This document shows positions 19,709-31,200 of a DNA stretch of 64,000 nucleotides, piece by piece. Where the stretch lies: IMG/VR virus record IMGVR_UViG_3300046167_000798. One strand, 5' to 3'. The notes under the pieces are model-generated. The model saw nothing but the letters and a program-made list of their open reading frames with translations, was not told the DNA's origin and searched no databases. Each line of letters opens with the position of its first letter. The first letter of the stretch is position 1. A program made the translations under genes and the position numbers. Origin of the DNA: a virus. Lineage: Duplodnaviria; Caudoviricetes.

Positions 19709-22700
19709 CTTGGGAAAATCCTTTTTCTTTTTTAATTTCAATAAGGCCATCTACAACATCTCTCATTGAGTCGATGTGTGAAATAATCATAACGAAATCA
19801 AACTGAGTTTTAAGGTATGTAAACAACATAAATAGGGATTGTAGGTTCTCACTATCTAATGTACCGAATCCTTCATCTATCACAAGGAAATTAGGTCTTG
19901 GTAGGTTACATACATTGATTAGAGCAACTCTAATTGCTAAACCACTAATAAACCTTTCCATTCCACTACACATTTCCAAACTCCATCTCTGGTCTCCATA
20001 CACTAAATAAGCATTAATGTTTTTACCATCAATTTCTAATTGCATTCCAAACTCTACGATTTGTGCAAGAATATTGTTTACCTCACCCTCAATCATTGGT
20101 AATGCTTTTTCAATCAATTCATAAGATACACCATCTTTGGAAAGAGCATTTAAGTAGAAATCAAATAATCTACTTTGAGATTCCATATCCTTAACCTCAT
20201 TGATTCTATCTTCAATAGTTTCTTTCTGATTCTGTAATGCTGATACTTTACCATTTAATTTAAGAACATCTGTATTTACTTTTCTTAAATCATCTTTAGT
20301 AACACTCAAGTTTTCTCTTACCGATTGTATATCAGTTCGTATCTGTTTGTTCTTTATAATTTGTTTCTCATTCTTATAATATTCCTTTATAAGTTGTTCC
20401 TGTTGAGTAATTTGTTGTTTATTTCGTAATTCCTCAGTTTCAATTGTTGATAACTTGTTGATAAGTTGTGATATCTCTCTATCAATTTTATCTTCTTTAT
20501 TCTTTGCTTCAATATAGTTATTCCATTCATCCTCATATCCTTTTAAAGAATCAATCACCAACATCAATTGTAATCTTGTCTTATCATTATCTGTAAATAA
20601 CTCTTGGTAATGAGATATATCGGCTTCTACCTTTTCTTTTTGTTGTAGAATAGTTTCAGAGTTTTCCATACAAATATCACACTCTTCATTATATTTGTGT
20701 TTATCTAAATGGTCTTTTCTTTCATATAAAGAATCTTTTTTAATATTGATTTTATCAATTGTAGATTCAATATCTCTTAGTTTATCTTTCGAATCTTTTA
20801 ATTTACCAATACCAGCTTCTAATTCTTCTTCATCAAATTTATCAACGATTTCATCTAAAGTGATTTGTAATTCTTCTCTATGGGTAATTCTATCTTGTGT
20901 AGATTTTTTATCCGATTGAATTGTATCTCGTTTGGATTCGAGTAATTTTAATCGTTTTTCAAGTTCTTCAATTGAAACTCCACTATCTGCATTTAACTTT
21001 ACGATTTTTTCATTTAGAGATATAATCTTTTTATTTAAAACTTCTTCTTCATCTTTGAGAGCCTTTTGATTCATCTCATAAAGTTTGTACTCGTTTTTGT
21101 TTGATTTTAAATCAGTGTCGATTTCCGCCAATTTTGTCGTAAAATCATCGGACTTGAATTTTCTGATAAGTGTTGCATTATCTCTATTCTCATCAGCTGC
21201 CTTCTGATATAGTTTATCAAAGATGTTTACACCTATGAATTGTGAAAGTATTTCTTTTCTTTCCGATTGTGATTTATCTATAAAGAGTGCATTGTTTCCT
21301 TGTAGGGAAAGAGCAGTTAGAACGAAATCCTCGAACTTACCTAAGTACTTTTCAATCTCTTTGTTTGTATCTTTTCGTTGTTCACCATTAAGTGATTCTA
21401 TAACTCCATTGTTATCTCTCCAAAAATCTACATCTACTTTTACTGATGTTGCTTTTCTAACATATTTGGCTCTTCTTTCAATATAGTAGTTAATACCATC
21501 TATCTCGAAGTTGAACTTACAATAGAAGTTTGTCTTACGGTTATTAATGATGTTTTTAGAGATGTTTGTACGAGAAGTCTTATCGTAGATACAAAATGAT
21601 AATGCATCGAAGAGAGAGGATTTACCTGAAGGCATTAGGAGCAAAGATACCAACGATACCTTGTGCTTTATCAAACCTTACTTTATTATCCTCACCATAC
21701 GAGAACATATTAGAAAACTGAAACTCTTTCGGTGTCCATAATATATTACCCATTTGACCAGATTCATCTATATGTGAATTCAATTCTGAGTTTATTTCTG
21801 CTATCCTATCTAATTCATCATCTTCTAAAAGATATTGTCTTTCTAAGTAATCTCTTATGAGTTGGTTTTGGAATGTTTCATTTTTAACATCACCAACTAT
21901 ATTTTTGTTTACCTTTTGATTTGTTTTTAATTGTCCGATTGTATCGGTTCTAGTTACAGTAACTTCAGCAACTTTGAATAACTTCTTTAGTTCAGTTATT
22001 CTTCTTTTCATATCAGAAGCTTCTGTCTTTGTAAATCGTAATCTTAATCTTGGATACTTTGGAAGTTTAGTACCAACTTCATCATATACCCATTGAGGTA
22101 TCTTACCATCAACTACATCTACTGTTAGAATCCATAATCATTATGTAAGTGATGTTCTGTAAAAGTTCTTGTAGGAATATCCCAAAGTAGATATCCATGA
22201 TTTTCTAGTAACTCACCATGATTCTGTTGAACCATAGAACCAGCATATGCAATATGTTCATACCCTTCACCAAAGGTTTGTCTTTTGTGAATATCACCCA
22301 ACATGGCCATATCGAATCCATCAAACATATCTACTTGAAATGAGTTTGAAGAAACGGTATAGCCGATATCTGTTTGAGCTTTGTTTACCGGTCCATGAAA
22401 AAGACAGATTGTATTTTCTCCATCAATGGTATTTCCTTTAGGCCAATTCTCCTTGTTATCCAATATAGAATAGACAACAAAAGTAAGATTGTGGATATTG
22501 TAAACACCAGTATCACGAAGATAATGAATTCTATCGTTTCCAAGATTTTGGATAATAGGTGTGAGTACATCGAGTCTGTGTGAATTATTTAAGTTACAAT
22601 CATGGTTACCTGTGATTAATACAGTTTCTCTTAACTTAGCACACTCTGTAAGAAACCAACTTATTTCGTGTACGAGTTCTGGTGACATCTCAGTTTTTGC

Positions 22701-22856
22701 GTGAGCAATATCACCGGCAATATAGATTAGAGAATCCTCTATATTGTCTTGTTTAACTTGTTTTAAGAATTTTTTGAATACTAATCTGTATTCCTTGTGC
22801 CTTTGGAGATTTCTAATATGTAAATCTGCCAAATGGTAAACCTTATTTATTATCAT
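19698..22856 (-). CDS. sbcDC: Fused Mre11-Rad50 (SbcD-SbcC / gp47-gp46) recombination nuclease-ATPase, ~1,050 aa, split by two 1-nt frameshifts
   Basis: ADLH, GD, GNHD, LFHG and GDIH phosphoesterase motifs; Walker A APNASGKSS (restored at about 21630), coiled coil, CxxC hook (CDIC), SGME signature, IDEGFG Walker B, IISH. Confidence 0.85.
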
Positions 22857-23801
22857 AAACCTTTTAACTTTTGTGATATAATATCACCGAATCCTGTTTT
22901 CTTAGATTCTTTTAATTTATTATTTACTTCTGTGAACCCCATTTCAGATGCATCTTTATCTGTGGGTTTAATATTTTTTGTAGTGATTCCTTGATTTTGG
23001 AATTGCATAGTATAACGTAACGCTTGTTCTTGAGCATCTTCATCTAATAAGATGTTTATAGAAGATACTCCATTTTTAAATATAGCATCATTTAATTTTT
23101 TAGGAACAAACTTACCCAATATAGGAATAGAATTTCTTTTAACTGCCATTGCATCAAATACACCCTCTACTAAGGTAATTGGCTCATTCCAATTTATTTG
23201 ATTTTCAAACATTATAACATTTTTAGAAACTGGTGGATTCTTTGTATTTAAACTTTTCCTCAGAGTGTACAGACCGTCGCGATGAAGTAATTGAGTCTAT
23301 TATCCAAATCATAGGAAGGAATAATAATCCTATTAGAATACATACCACCATCACAATACCCAATATTATATTTAGTAATATCTTCTTTAGTAATACCTCT
23401 ATCTTCAGCATACTTAAGAGCCTTTCTGTACACAGGATTTACTTTACCCTTTGGTACTTTTAGTAATGATTTAAATTCACTTGGTAATCGTAACTCTACC
23501 CTTTCATCAACAGTATCTTTATTATAAACTACATAATCATCACCATAGATTTCGTATAACTTTTCTTTATTTACGAGCATCTACATGAAGTCTTTTAAGT
23601 AATCTCTGTATTTTTCTTCCTTTTGCATCACAAACCCAACAATGCCAATATTGTGTTTTAATATTAACTTGTAGTTTTTTCTTATGATGATGACAAAAAG
23701 GACAATAGTGTGCCTGTTCATCATTTTTCATAGATGTACCAGGCCCCTAAAACATCATTTAATATATTAATAACTTCTTGTTTCTCGTGATGTGAGAGCA
23801 T
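22853..23801 (-). CDS. DNA primase (CHC2 zinc finger + TOPRIM), fragmented by 3-4 apparent indels
   Basis: Manual translation gives HYCPFCHH..HCWVC; RIIIP, YFIAR, KYKNP, EGVFDA and LDEDA motifs across fragments 23260..23580 and 22853..23212. Confidence 0.85.
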
Positions 23802-23820
23802 AATTACACTTTTAACAATA

Positions 23821-23852
23821 CAAATATACGAAATTATTCCGTAATTTCCAAG
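23821..23852 (-). promoter_or_regulatory. Bacteroidota-type sigma70 (early) promoter upstream of the primase
   Basis: Coding strand CTTG-N20-TATATTTG. Confidence 0.75.
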
Positions 23853-24307
23853 TCTTTTCTAAAAAACTTTCCTAATAGGTTATCATTTAGAGATAATTTA
23901 TCAGCAAGTACATTATGAGAAAACTGTTCCTGTAACTCATAATATGTTAATGCCTTCTTAGTTTTACAAAATCTAAGTATCCTTAGTTCTAATCTATCAT
24001 TTATTTCTCCTCTCGGTTCTTGTTCCATAGATAAAGTGTTCGAATGAAACCATAATTGTACTGAGGCATTTGATGAACGATAATCTTGCCACTTAGATTC
24101 TTTTATCACCTTTCTTTTTCTTTTGTAACCTTTTAATGGTGGTAAAGTTCTATGTGAATATAAGGATTTTTTTCCTATATAATATTGACCAGTTTGGCCA
24201 TTTGTAATCTTGTATATAAATCCGATAGTCCCCTCGGGCATATCTGATATTTCTGTTATTGGTCTTCCGTTAAAATTCCATCCCATAGTTAAAAATCTTG
24301 AAATCAT
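23834..24307 (-). CDS. GIY-YIG nuclease, T4 EndoII (DenA)-like; true start probably MGWNF at 24286
   Basis: GFIYKITN..TGQYYIGKK, ES.WQDY.SS, C.TKK.LTY.E. Confidence 0.7.
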   Translation of the reverse strand: MISRFLTMGWNFNGRPITEISDMPEGTIGFIYKITNGQTGQYYIGKKSLYSHRTLPPLKGYKRKRKVIKESKWQDYRSSNASVQLWFHSNTLSMEQEPRGEINDRLELRILRFCKTKKALTYYELQEQFSHNVLADKLSLNDNLLGKFFRKDLEITE

Positions 24308-24839
24308 TATAATACCTCTCTCTCACCCACTCCTTCATCCACTCTTCAGAATAATAATATTTGTAATATTTTTCCTGGTTTAAGTTTGGATGATTGTTGT
24401 GTATTGGATTATTATTTAGATGTGGTAACTTTTCTTTATAATTAAGTTTTTTAAATAACACAGCGGTATCTTCTAATAAGTTTTCATATCTTCCTATAAA
24501 AGATACTTCTTTAGTATTTGTTTTTCCTTCGTTAATATAATAACTTTGAGGTATAATCCATGTATCGTTTTGATTTATTGTTTCAGTAAACTCACGAAAA
24601 TTACTTGAATAAATACCTTTTCTAACTCCATGTTGCCATGCAGACATCAATCGTGTAAAAGGATTCCTTACTATTGTAAATATAAAATATTCATTATCTG
24701 GAACTGCACGTATAGAATCATGTGAAGTATATATTTCCACAGATTCCTTAGTTAGTAATACTTTGTTAATTGATGTTCCTCCGGTTTTAGGGACATGAAT
24801 AAATGCCCATTTTTCAGAGTGATTTAGAAGTAAACTCAA
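24270..24839 (-). CDS. Sulfotransferase (Sulfotransfer_2 family)
   Basis: FIHVPKTGGTSI (5'-PSB), FTIVRNPFTRLMSAW (3'-PB), FIGRYENL, Y.NDFKIFNY. Confidence 0.85.
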   Translation of the reverse strand: MSLLLNHSEKWAFIHVPKTGGTSINKVLLTKESVEIYTSHDSIRAVPDNEYFIFTIVRNPFTRLMSAWQHGVRKGIYSSNFREFTETINQNDTWIIPQSYYINEGKTNTKEVSFIGRYENLLEDTAVLFKKLNYKEKLPHLNNNPIHNNHPNLNQEKYYKYYYSEEWMKEWVRERYYNDFKIFNYGMEF

Positions 24840-24855
24840 AATTAATTGATTTAAG

Positions 24856-25035
24856 TTATTTTATTGTATCTGAGTACTTTTTCAGATTCAATTTACCACC
24901 TCTTGCTTGTGCAAGTGCCTTATTATCTTTGTGTAATTTGTTTTGATTATCAGCAGATATAGGTGTTTTATCTTTTCCTTTGTCCGCAAGTTTTGCGAAT
25001 TCGGACTTGTTGTATAAATCTTGTATTGATGCCAT
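24856..25035 (-). CDS. Small basic protein (59 aa), not in the ORF track
   Basis: MASIQDLYNKSEFAKLADKGKDKTPISADNQNKLHKDNKALAQARGGKLNLKKYSDTIK; AAGGAG RBS and late-promoter motif upstream. Confidence 0.7.
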   Translation of the reverse strand: MASIQDLYNKSEFAKLADKGKDKTPISADNQNKLHKDNKALAQARGGKLNLKKYSDTIK

Positions 25036-25068
25036 ATTAGTATCTCCTTGTTATTATATAAATATAGA

Positions 25069-26172
25069 TTAAGTATCGAAACGAACAATAAAGTTCATAT
25101 CATAATCTGGTAAATTCTTTATTGGTTTAGGTAATTTAGCAACCGCAATCATATTATTATCATCATCATATAAACCAATTGTTGTAATAAATGGTGCTAA
25201 ATAAGAACCAGTTGGGTCTATTGATGCAGATGTATGATAATCATCCCAACTACCACTTACTGATGGTAGATGTGAACCTGTTATTGATGATTTTAATTTT
25301 ATATCTCCTACCTCTTTAATCTTAACAGTTTCCGCTGGTTTAACATTTGGTATAGCCGTTGTTGTAAAATCATATGAGTTTGTTAATACAACATCTACAG
25401 CAGATGGACTTTGTGAAGTATTAAATTCACCAGCCTTAGAACTTACTAAAACTTCTGTTTCGTAAATTGTTTTAGTACTTCTATATTCTAATGAATAACT
25501 TGTAATCAATTCAGTTAAAACTATTAAACCATCTTCATAGAAAATATTACCAAATTGAGAAGCATCGATTGATAGTCCATCGAAATCTAATACTTCAGAT
25601 ACTTTCATCAATCCTGCTTGTAAATCAAATGAAACTATATTTACTACATCTGTATCTGTACCAAACGTTACTGTCATTTCACCTGATTCTAAATCAGTTG
25701 GAGAACTAGGATGTATTGTTCCAGTAAATACCTCACCATCGTTATCAGTTATAGTAATTTGACCTAATTCAAAATCAATACTTGTAAGAGTATATTCAGG
25801 AACACTTGAGAATATATTACCACTACCATCATCACTATAAATACTATCATTATCGTGATTTACTATTTGAACTGATTTGGATTTTATAGCTTCACCATAT
25901 AATTCTTGAGGAACTGCAATGGTATAAATAGTATTAGCTATCTTTCTTTCTGCACTAAGATTAGATAAATCAGAAACTTTACCAAATAAAGTAATGGCAG
26001 TTGCATCTGAATTATAAAACTTAGAATTTATAGAATTCCAAAGAGAATAATTATCACTTCCATAACTATTTGAAGCAGATACAACAGCATAATCAGAATT
26101 ACTTATAGACCATTCTTTATAGACCTTAAAGTTTCTTTTACTTATATTCGATTTTGGTATAGTTTTTAACAT
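25069..26172 (-). CDS. Virion structural protein (tail-collar-like C-terminus)
   Basis: C-terminal ITTIGLYDDDNNMIAVAKL shared with the next gene; structural context. Confidence 0.55.
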   Translation of the reverse strand: MLKTIPKSNISKRNFKVYKEWSISNSDYAVVSASNSYGSDNYSLWNSINSKFYNSDATAITLFGKVSDLSNLSAERKIANTIYTIAVPQELYGEAIKSKSVQIVNHDNDSIYSDDGSGNIFSSVPEYTLTSIDFELGQITITDNDGEVFTGTIHPSSPTDLESGEMTVTFGTDTDVVNIVSFDLQAGLMKVSEVLDFDGLSIDASQFGNIFYEDGLIVLTELITSYSLEYRSTKTIYETEVLVSSKAGEFNTSQSPSAVDVVLTNSYDFTTTAIPNVKPAETVKIKEVGDIKLKSSITGSHLPSVSGSWDDYHTSASIDPTGSYLAPFITTIGLYDDDNNMIAVAKLPKPIKNLPDYDMNFIVRFDT

Positions 26173-26204
26173 ACAAAGGTTTCTCCTCTATATAAATATA
26201 TTGA

Positions 26205-26236
26205 AATAAAAAACCCCACTCGTGGTGGGGTTATTT
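26205..26236 (-). terminator. Rho-independent terminator
   Basis: aaccccac-tcgtg-gtggggtt stem with a U-tract on the minus strand. Confidence 0.75.
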
Positions 26237-26255
26237 AAAATTATAAGTTTATAGA

Positions 26256-27485
26256 TTAGAAATCAAGTTTTACTTTGATTAATACTTCCTTATCAAATGA
26301 TTTTGGAACTGGTTGTGATGTTTTAGCCACCGCAATAAGTTCGTTAGCATCACTATATAATCCAACTGTTGTAATAAATGTTCTTGGGTCTTTTTCAAAA
26401 GTTGATTCTGCAAAAGAATTATCTGAACCAGTTACGAATGTTGGGTTATTAGAATAATTATATTCTCTGTTTGTTGCTCTTACGAAGTAATGTGAAGTAG
26501 AAACGTTTTCTGTTCTTCTTGCTTCAAAATCATTACCACCTTTAATTGCATTGTGTAATAAGAAATGATTTTTAGCTTCTGCATTTACTGCCAAAGAAAC
26601 TGATGCATTATCTGCATTATCTTTATCAATTGATGTTCCTATTAAACTATGAACAGCAGTTGGGTTAAGAACAACTAATCCTTGTTCTGGATAGAATAAA
26701 CCTAAACCTTGACCATTTGAAGCCGTAAGTGAGTTTACAGTTGCTGCATTTTCTGTTCCTAAATTAAGTGAACCACTACCTACATTAAATACTCTTCCTG
26801 CCTTTCCAACAGTATCATCAAATTTCTTACCACTATCATCAATTAATGTAGAGATTCCAGCAGAACCACTAAGTTTTAATGACCAGTTTCCTGCATCCAT
26901 TTTCTCTTTGTAACGGGCACGAGCTACATTGATTACATAGATACTATCGGAATCGTGTGTTCCAGCTGCAGATGAAGAAAAGAATGTAAATTTACTATCA
27001 TCTTGGTCTAAAAGAATTGATTTGTATTGAGCATAAGTTGCTTTAGATGCTAATGTAGATGAATCAGAGTTTGCTAATGATATAGAACCCTTTCCTTCTC
27101 TGTGTCCATAAGCAACTGCATATTGTATTGCTGCTGATGAATCAGATGATGGATTTTTATCATATACATTTAAGTAATAGTTTGAACTTGCTGCTGATGC
27201 CTGAGTTGATGAAGTAAAGAAAGTATTTAAACTTCCAGTATCTCCACTCCAAAGACCAGTAGTAACAACTTCTACTTTACCTGTAATTTGGTCGAATTCT
27301 CCAAATCTCTTATAGATACCATTGGTGATTTGTCCACCACTTGCACCTAATTTATCACCACCACTTAAGTATTGGTTAATGATTTCTGTTAATTGTTCAG
27401 AAGTAAGGTTACCTTGATTACCGGATAAATAATTCGATAATTCTGCTGATAAATTTACTCCTGCTTGTCCGTTTATTTGTGCCAT
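26256..27485 (-). CDS. Virion structural protein (tail-collar-like C-terminus)
   Basis: ITTVGLYSDANELIAVAKTS; S/G-rich; SD-like AAGGGG upstream. Confidence 0.6.
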   Translation of the reverse strand: MAQINGQAGVNLSAELSNYLSGNQGNLTSEQLTEIINQYLSGGDKLGASGGQITNGIYKRFGEFDQITGKVEVVTTGLWSGDTGSLNTFFTSSTQASAASSNYYLNVYDKNPSSDSSAAIQYAVAYGHREGKGSISLANSDSSTLASKATYAQYKSILLDQDDSKFTFFSSSAAGTHDSDSIYVINVARARYKEKMDAGNWSLKLSGSAGISTLIDDSGKKFDDTVGKAGRVFNVGSGSLNLGTENAATVNSLTASNGQGLGLFYPEQGLVVLNPTAVHSLIGTSIDKDNADNASVSLAVNAEAKNHFLLHNAIKGGNDFEARRTENVSTSHYFVRATNREYNYSNNPTFVTGSDNSFAESTFEKDPRTFITTVGLYSDANELIAVAKTSQPVPKSFDKEVLIKVKLDF

Positions 27486-27500
27486 TTTATTTTCCCCTTA

Positions 27501-28128
27501 TTAACTAGATACATATGTTACTGTTACAGGAATAGTTTGTGAACCACCTGTTTCGTTACCATATACTGTAATTGTTGATTTAATTGTTGCCGTTATATTA
27601 GGATTAGGAATAAACGTAAATGTTAATCCTGTTTCAATTGCAGCGGTTGTTGTAATTTCATCACCTAGGAATGAAGGTACTGTTCCTGCTGAGTTTGATA
27701 ATCCTGTACCAACGATTGAACCAGCATTCTTGTTAGAAAGAATGATAGTATATCCACTCTGAGTGTTACCACTTGGTGAAGTTGTTGGTGTAAGTGAAAC
27801 CTGTCCACTTTCTTGGTTTACTGATATTGAAGGTACACCAAATTCTACTTTTGGAATTTTAGTTGTTCCTTTTGGTAAAGTTACCAATTTATATTTTAAG
27901 ATTTGAGTTTCATCTGGTGAAGCCCTCAGTAATCGGAATCGCTTTGATTGCCGCATCATAATATGCACTTCCTTTTGGATGTGCTGGTTCGTAAAGTGTG
28001 TAATCTACCTCATCATCACCTAGTGCGAATTTTGAGATATTTAAACCTTCACCAGATGCTAATTTTTCTCTACCCTTTTTGGTAAGAATTGCATCTACTG
28101 TTATTTCTGTGTTATTTAAATAAGCCAT
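27501..28128 (-). CDS. Virion structural protein, tail-collar/baseplate-like; two ORFs joined across a frameshift near 27925
   Basis: ILTKKGREKLA..ISKFALGDDE resembles the N-terminus of tail-collar proteins; restored reading IPITEASPDETQILKYKL. Confidence 0.6.
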
Positions 28129-28206
28129 AATTAAATTTTCCTCTTGTTATTCAATATATAAATATAAGTATTTTATAAAAATATATTATTTCTAATCTTT
28201 TATTCG

Positions 28207-31200
28207 TTAATCAACTTCTAAAATTGGTTCTCCACTACCTCTTCCACTATCAGAAACTCTCAATGTATTAGGATTCGTAGTAAATGTTACAACAGGTGAA
28301 CCACCATCTAAAGTTGTTTTACTTGTTTGTGATGAACCATTAAAAAATGAATTTTCCAATCCACTTGTTAAATCACCAACGTTACTATAATGTGTTTCAA
28401 AATTACCATCTAATGGAGTAACTTGTACTATGTTTCCTGCTACGACTGGGTCAGTTGTTTCACTTCCATCTGAACCTGTGAATGGTAATATATTTACAAA
28501 TTGTTTGTATTTAGTTATAGAAACAAATTCTCTTCCCAATGATTCATCACTTGAATTTATATTCTGTGGTACATCTTCTGAATAAGATTCTTTTAATAAA
28601 AATACTTTTACTCTATCTTTTACGAAATTATTATTTTTATCTAATCGTGTTCTAATAGAATGAGAATCTTTTCCATATAATCCAAATCCTAATCTTGATA
28701 ATGATTCAGCACCCATTCCTATTTGTTGATACGCAGTTGAATCATACGCACCTTGTACTGAACCAGTAAATTGTGCATCTACACTAATACTAATACCACC
28801 CATATCAGAACCACTATTTACTGTGATAAATCCTGTCTGATTTATATCATCAGAAGCGGTTACTTCTGATTCATATACATCATATGAACTTGTAACAATT
28901 ACATCATCTGATGCAGTTACTTCTGCATTAAATGTATTTGTATTACTAACAAGAGAAACTTCTTGTGATGAAGTTATACTTGCTAATATCATATGATTAT
29001 CAGAAGTGATAGATATATCTTCTTGAGTATCTACTTCACTATTGTATTGATTATTTTGTGCAGTAGTTGGTTTTAATTCTAATTTACTTCTTTCAAGTAT
29101 ATGTGGTTCAATTAATAATCCACTTATTACTTTCGCTCTACTTGGTATAAGTGATTCTAAAGTAGTAAATAATGATTTATCAATATATCTAACTAACTGT
29201 ATGTACTCTTGGAAATTTAAATTATATCTATCAAAATAATAATTTCTAAGATTTTTTAGTTTAGTGTATGAATCTTTATAATCATCACTTGGGTCTCCAA
29301 TATAATCATCTATACTAAATGAACCAAGAGATTTCATTATATCCATATTGATTTCTTTTATAGGAGAAAAGAATAATCCTAATTTATTAGAATCAATAGG
29401 AGATTGGTCATATGATTTTTTAGTTGCTCTACTTCTATAATTTAAATTAGATTCTAATGTTTGTGTTTCAAATCTAACTTTATTTCCAAAACTAAATCCT
29501 GTTTGTGGAACTTTAGCAGTTACTGTTCTTTCGTATGGTTGATATTGATAAGGATACTCAGATACACTTAAGAAATTAGATGCGGTTGCAAACGGCTCGT
29601 AAGTGTTTATAACCGAAACATTTTTTATTTCAGTATCAGAATTTCTATCTTTTGGATATTCAAAATCCAATCTTAAAATTAAATCATCTGTTGATGAAGA
29701 AACATGGTTACCATCAATTGCATCAGGTAGTAATGTGTGATTGGTAACTACCGATTCACTCAATGGAGATGTCCATAATCTAAACTCATCTAATGAAGCA
29801 GTTAATGTGTTTCCACCAATATATAATTCACTTCCACTATCCCATGCCTTTGTAGTAGTTGTAAGTGTCGTACTTACTTCATTTCTAATTCTTCCTTGAA
29901 ATCCTTCTTTAACATATAAGTTAAAGTTATCAGATGCACTTCCACTTTCTCTTGAAACTACTATTTGAGTATATTCTTCATTAAATAATGGAGTTAGTGC
30001 TGTACTTGCAGATTCTTCACCTACTGTTAATTTTACACTTGCAAGTGAACCTGTATTTTTTATAATATCTAAAGACCAATTTGATGCACTTATTATTTGT
30101 TGGTCTTGTTTTTGATTTGTGTTTACTCTAACCTCAACTGCGTTTGGAAAAGTTGATGAGTATTCTTTCCAAGGTACTATAATAGAAGAACTACCACTAA
30201 TATTAATTGAACTAGTTCTATCTTCAAATGTAAAATCAGTTGCTGCACTTTCACTAGATACATCTTGTGGTCCACCAAATTCCATTATAGTTAATAATGA
30301 TGCAGGTACACCATAACAACTCAATGCAGCATGTACAGCTCTCTTAGTACCTTTATTTTTATATAAGTAAGGTAAGTTATTTAGTAATCTTCTCCATACT
30401 TCATTTTGTCTATCCTTACCACTCATTGATGATACTGTTGTACCATCTGAATGTTTACCAAATGCATATTCCCACAAGAATTGTGATTGTACTCCCATAT
30501 CAGCATCCCAACCAAGAGATTCTAACATATGATATACAAGTTCACTTGATACACCAATTTCTTTTTTATGTTCTGTTTTTTTAGATTGAGATACTCCTCT
30601 GATATAAGTCCATATTGTATCAAAGTGTTGTCCAATCATATCAAAGAAAAGAACATATTCACTATTTTTAAAATCATCAGTAACATGAGCGGGTAGGTTA
30701 TAACTCAATCGTGATGTATTCTGTTTATCAAATTCATGTGCACTAACAACCGCACTATCGTACCAACTTGTTACTATAGCATCACTAGATGTTATTGCAG
30801 TTCCATTTACATTAAAAGGATATGTCCATGAATTTGCATCATTTGTTGTAAACTCAGATGATGAAGTGAATAAGAATTTTTCAAATGAATCAAATCCTCT
30901 TTTTGTTTCATTTATTTTGTTTAATTGAGAATTTGCTTCATTTAATACAGATAACGAACCTGTCCATCCTGTAATACCTGAACCTGATGTTAGTTGATTA
31001 TATCTATATTCATAATTTTGAATTAATTTTACTTTATAAACAAAGTTTTCTACTCTTTCTTCAGCAGATGAGTATTTTACAAAATCTTTCCAATTATATT
31101 CTTGTATTCCTGTTTCTTTGATTATATTTCCTGAACCAGAGTATTCTTCAAAAAGGTCTGTTGAACTAGATACAAATAAAATATCAAGTTTATCTTGTGT

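Noticed and set aside
23223-23411. 62-aa hydrophobic ORF called inside the primase region
   Set aside because: Out-of-frame product of the primase frameshifts; its end (RSVHSEEKFKYK) is primase sequence
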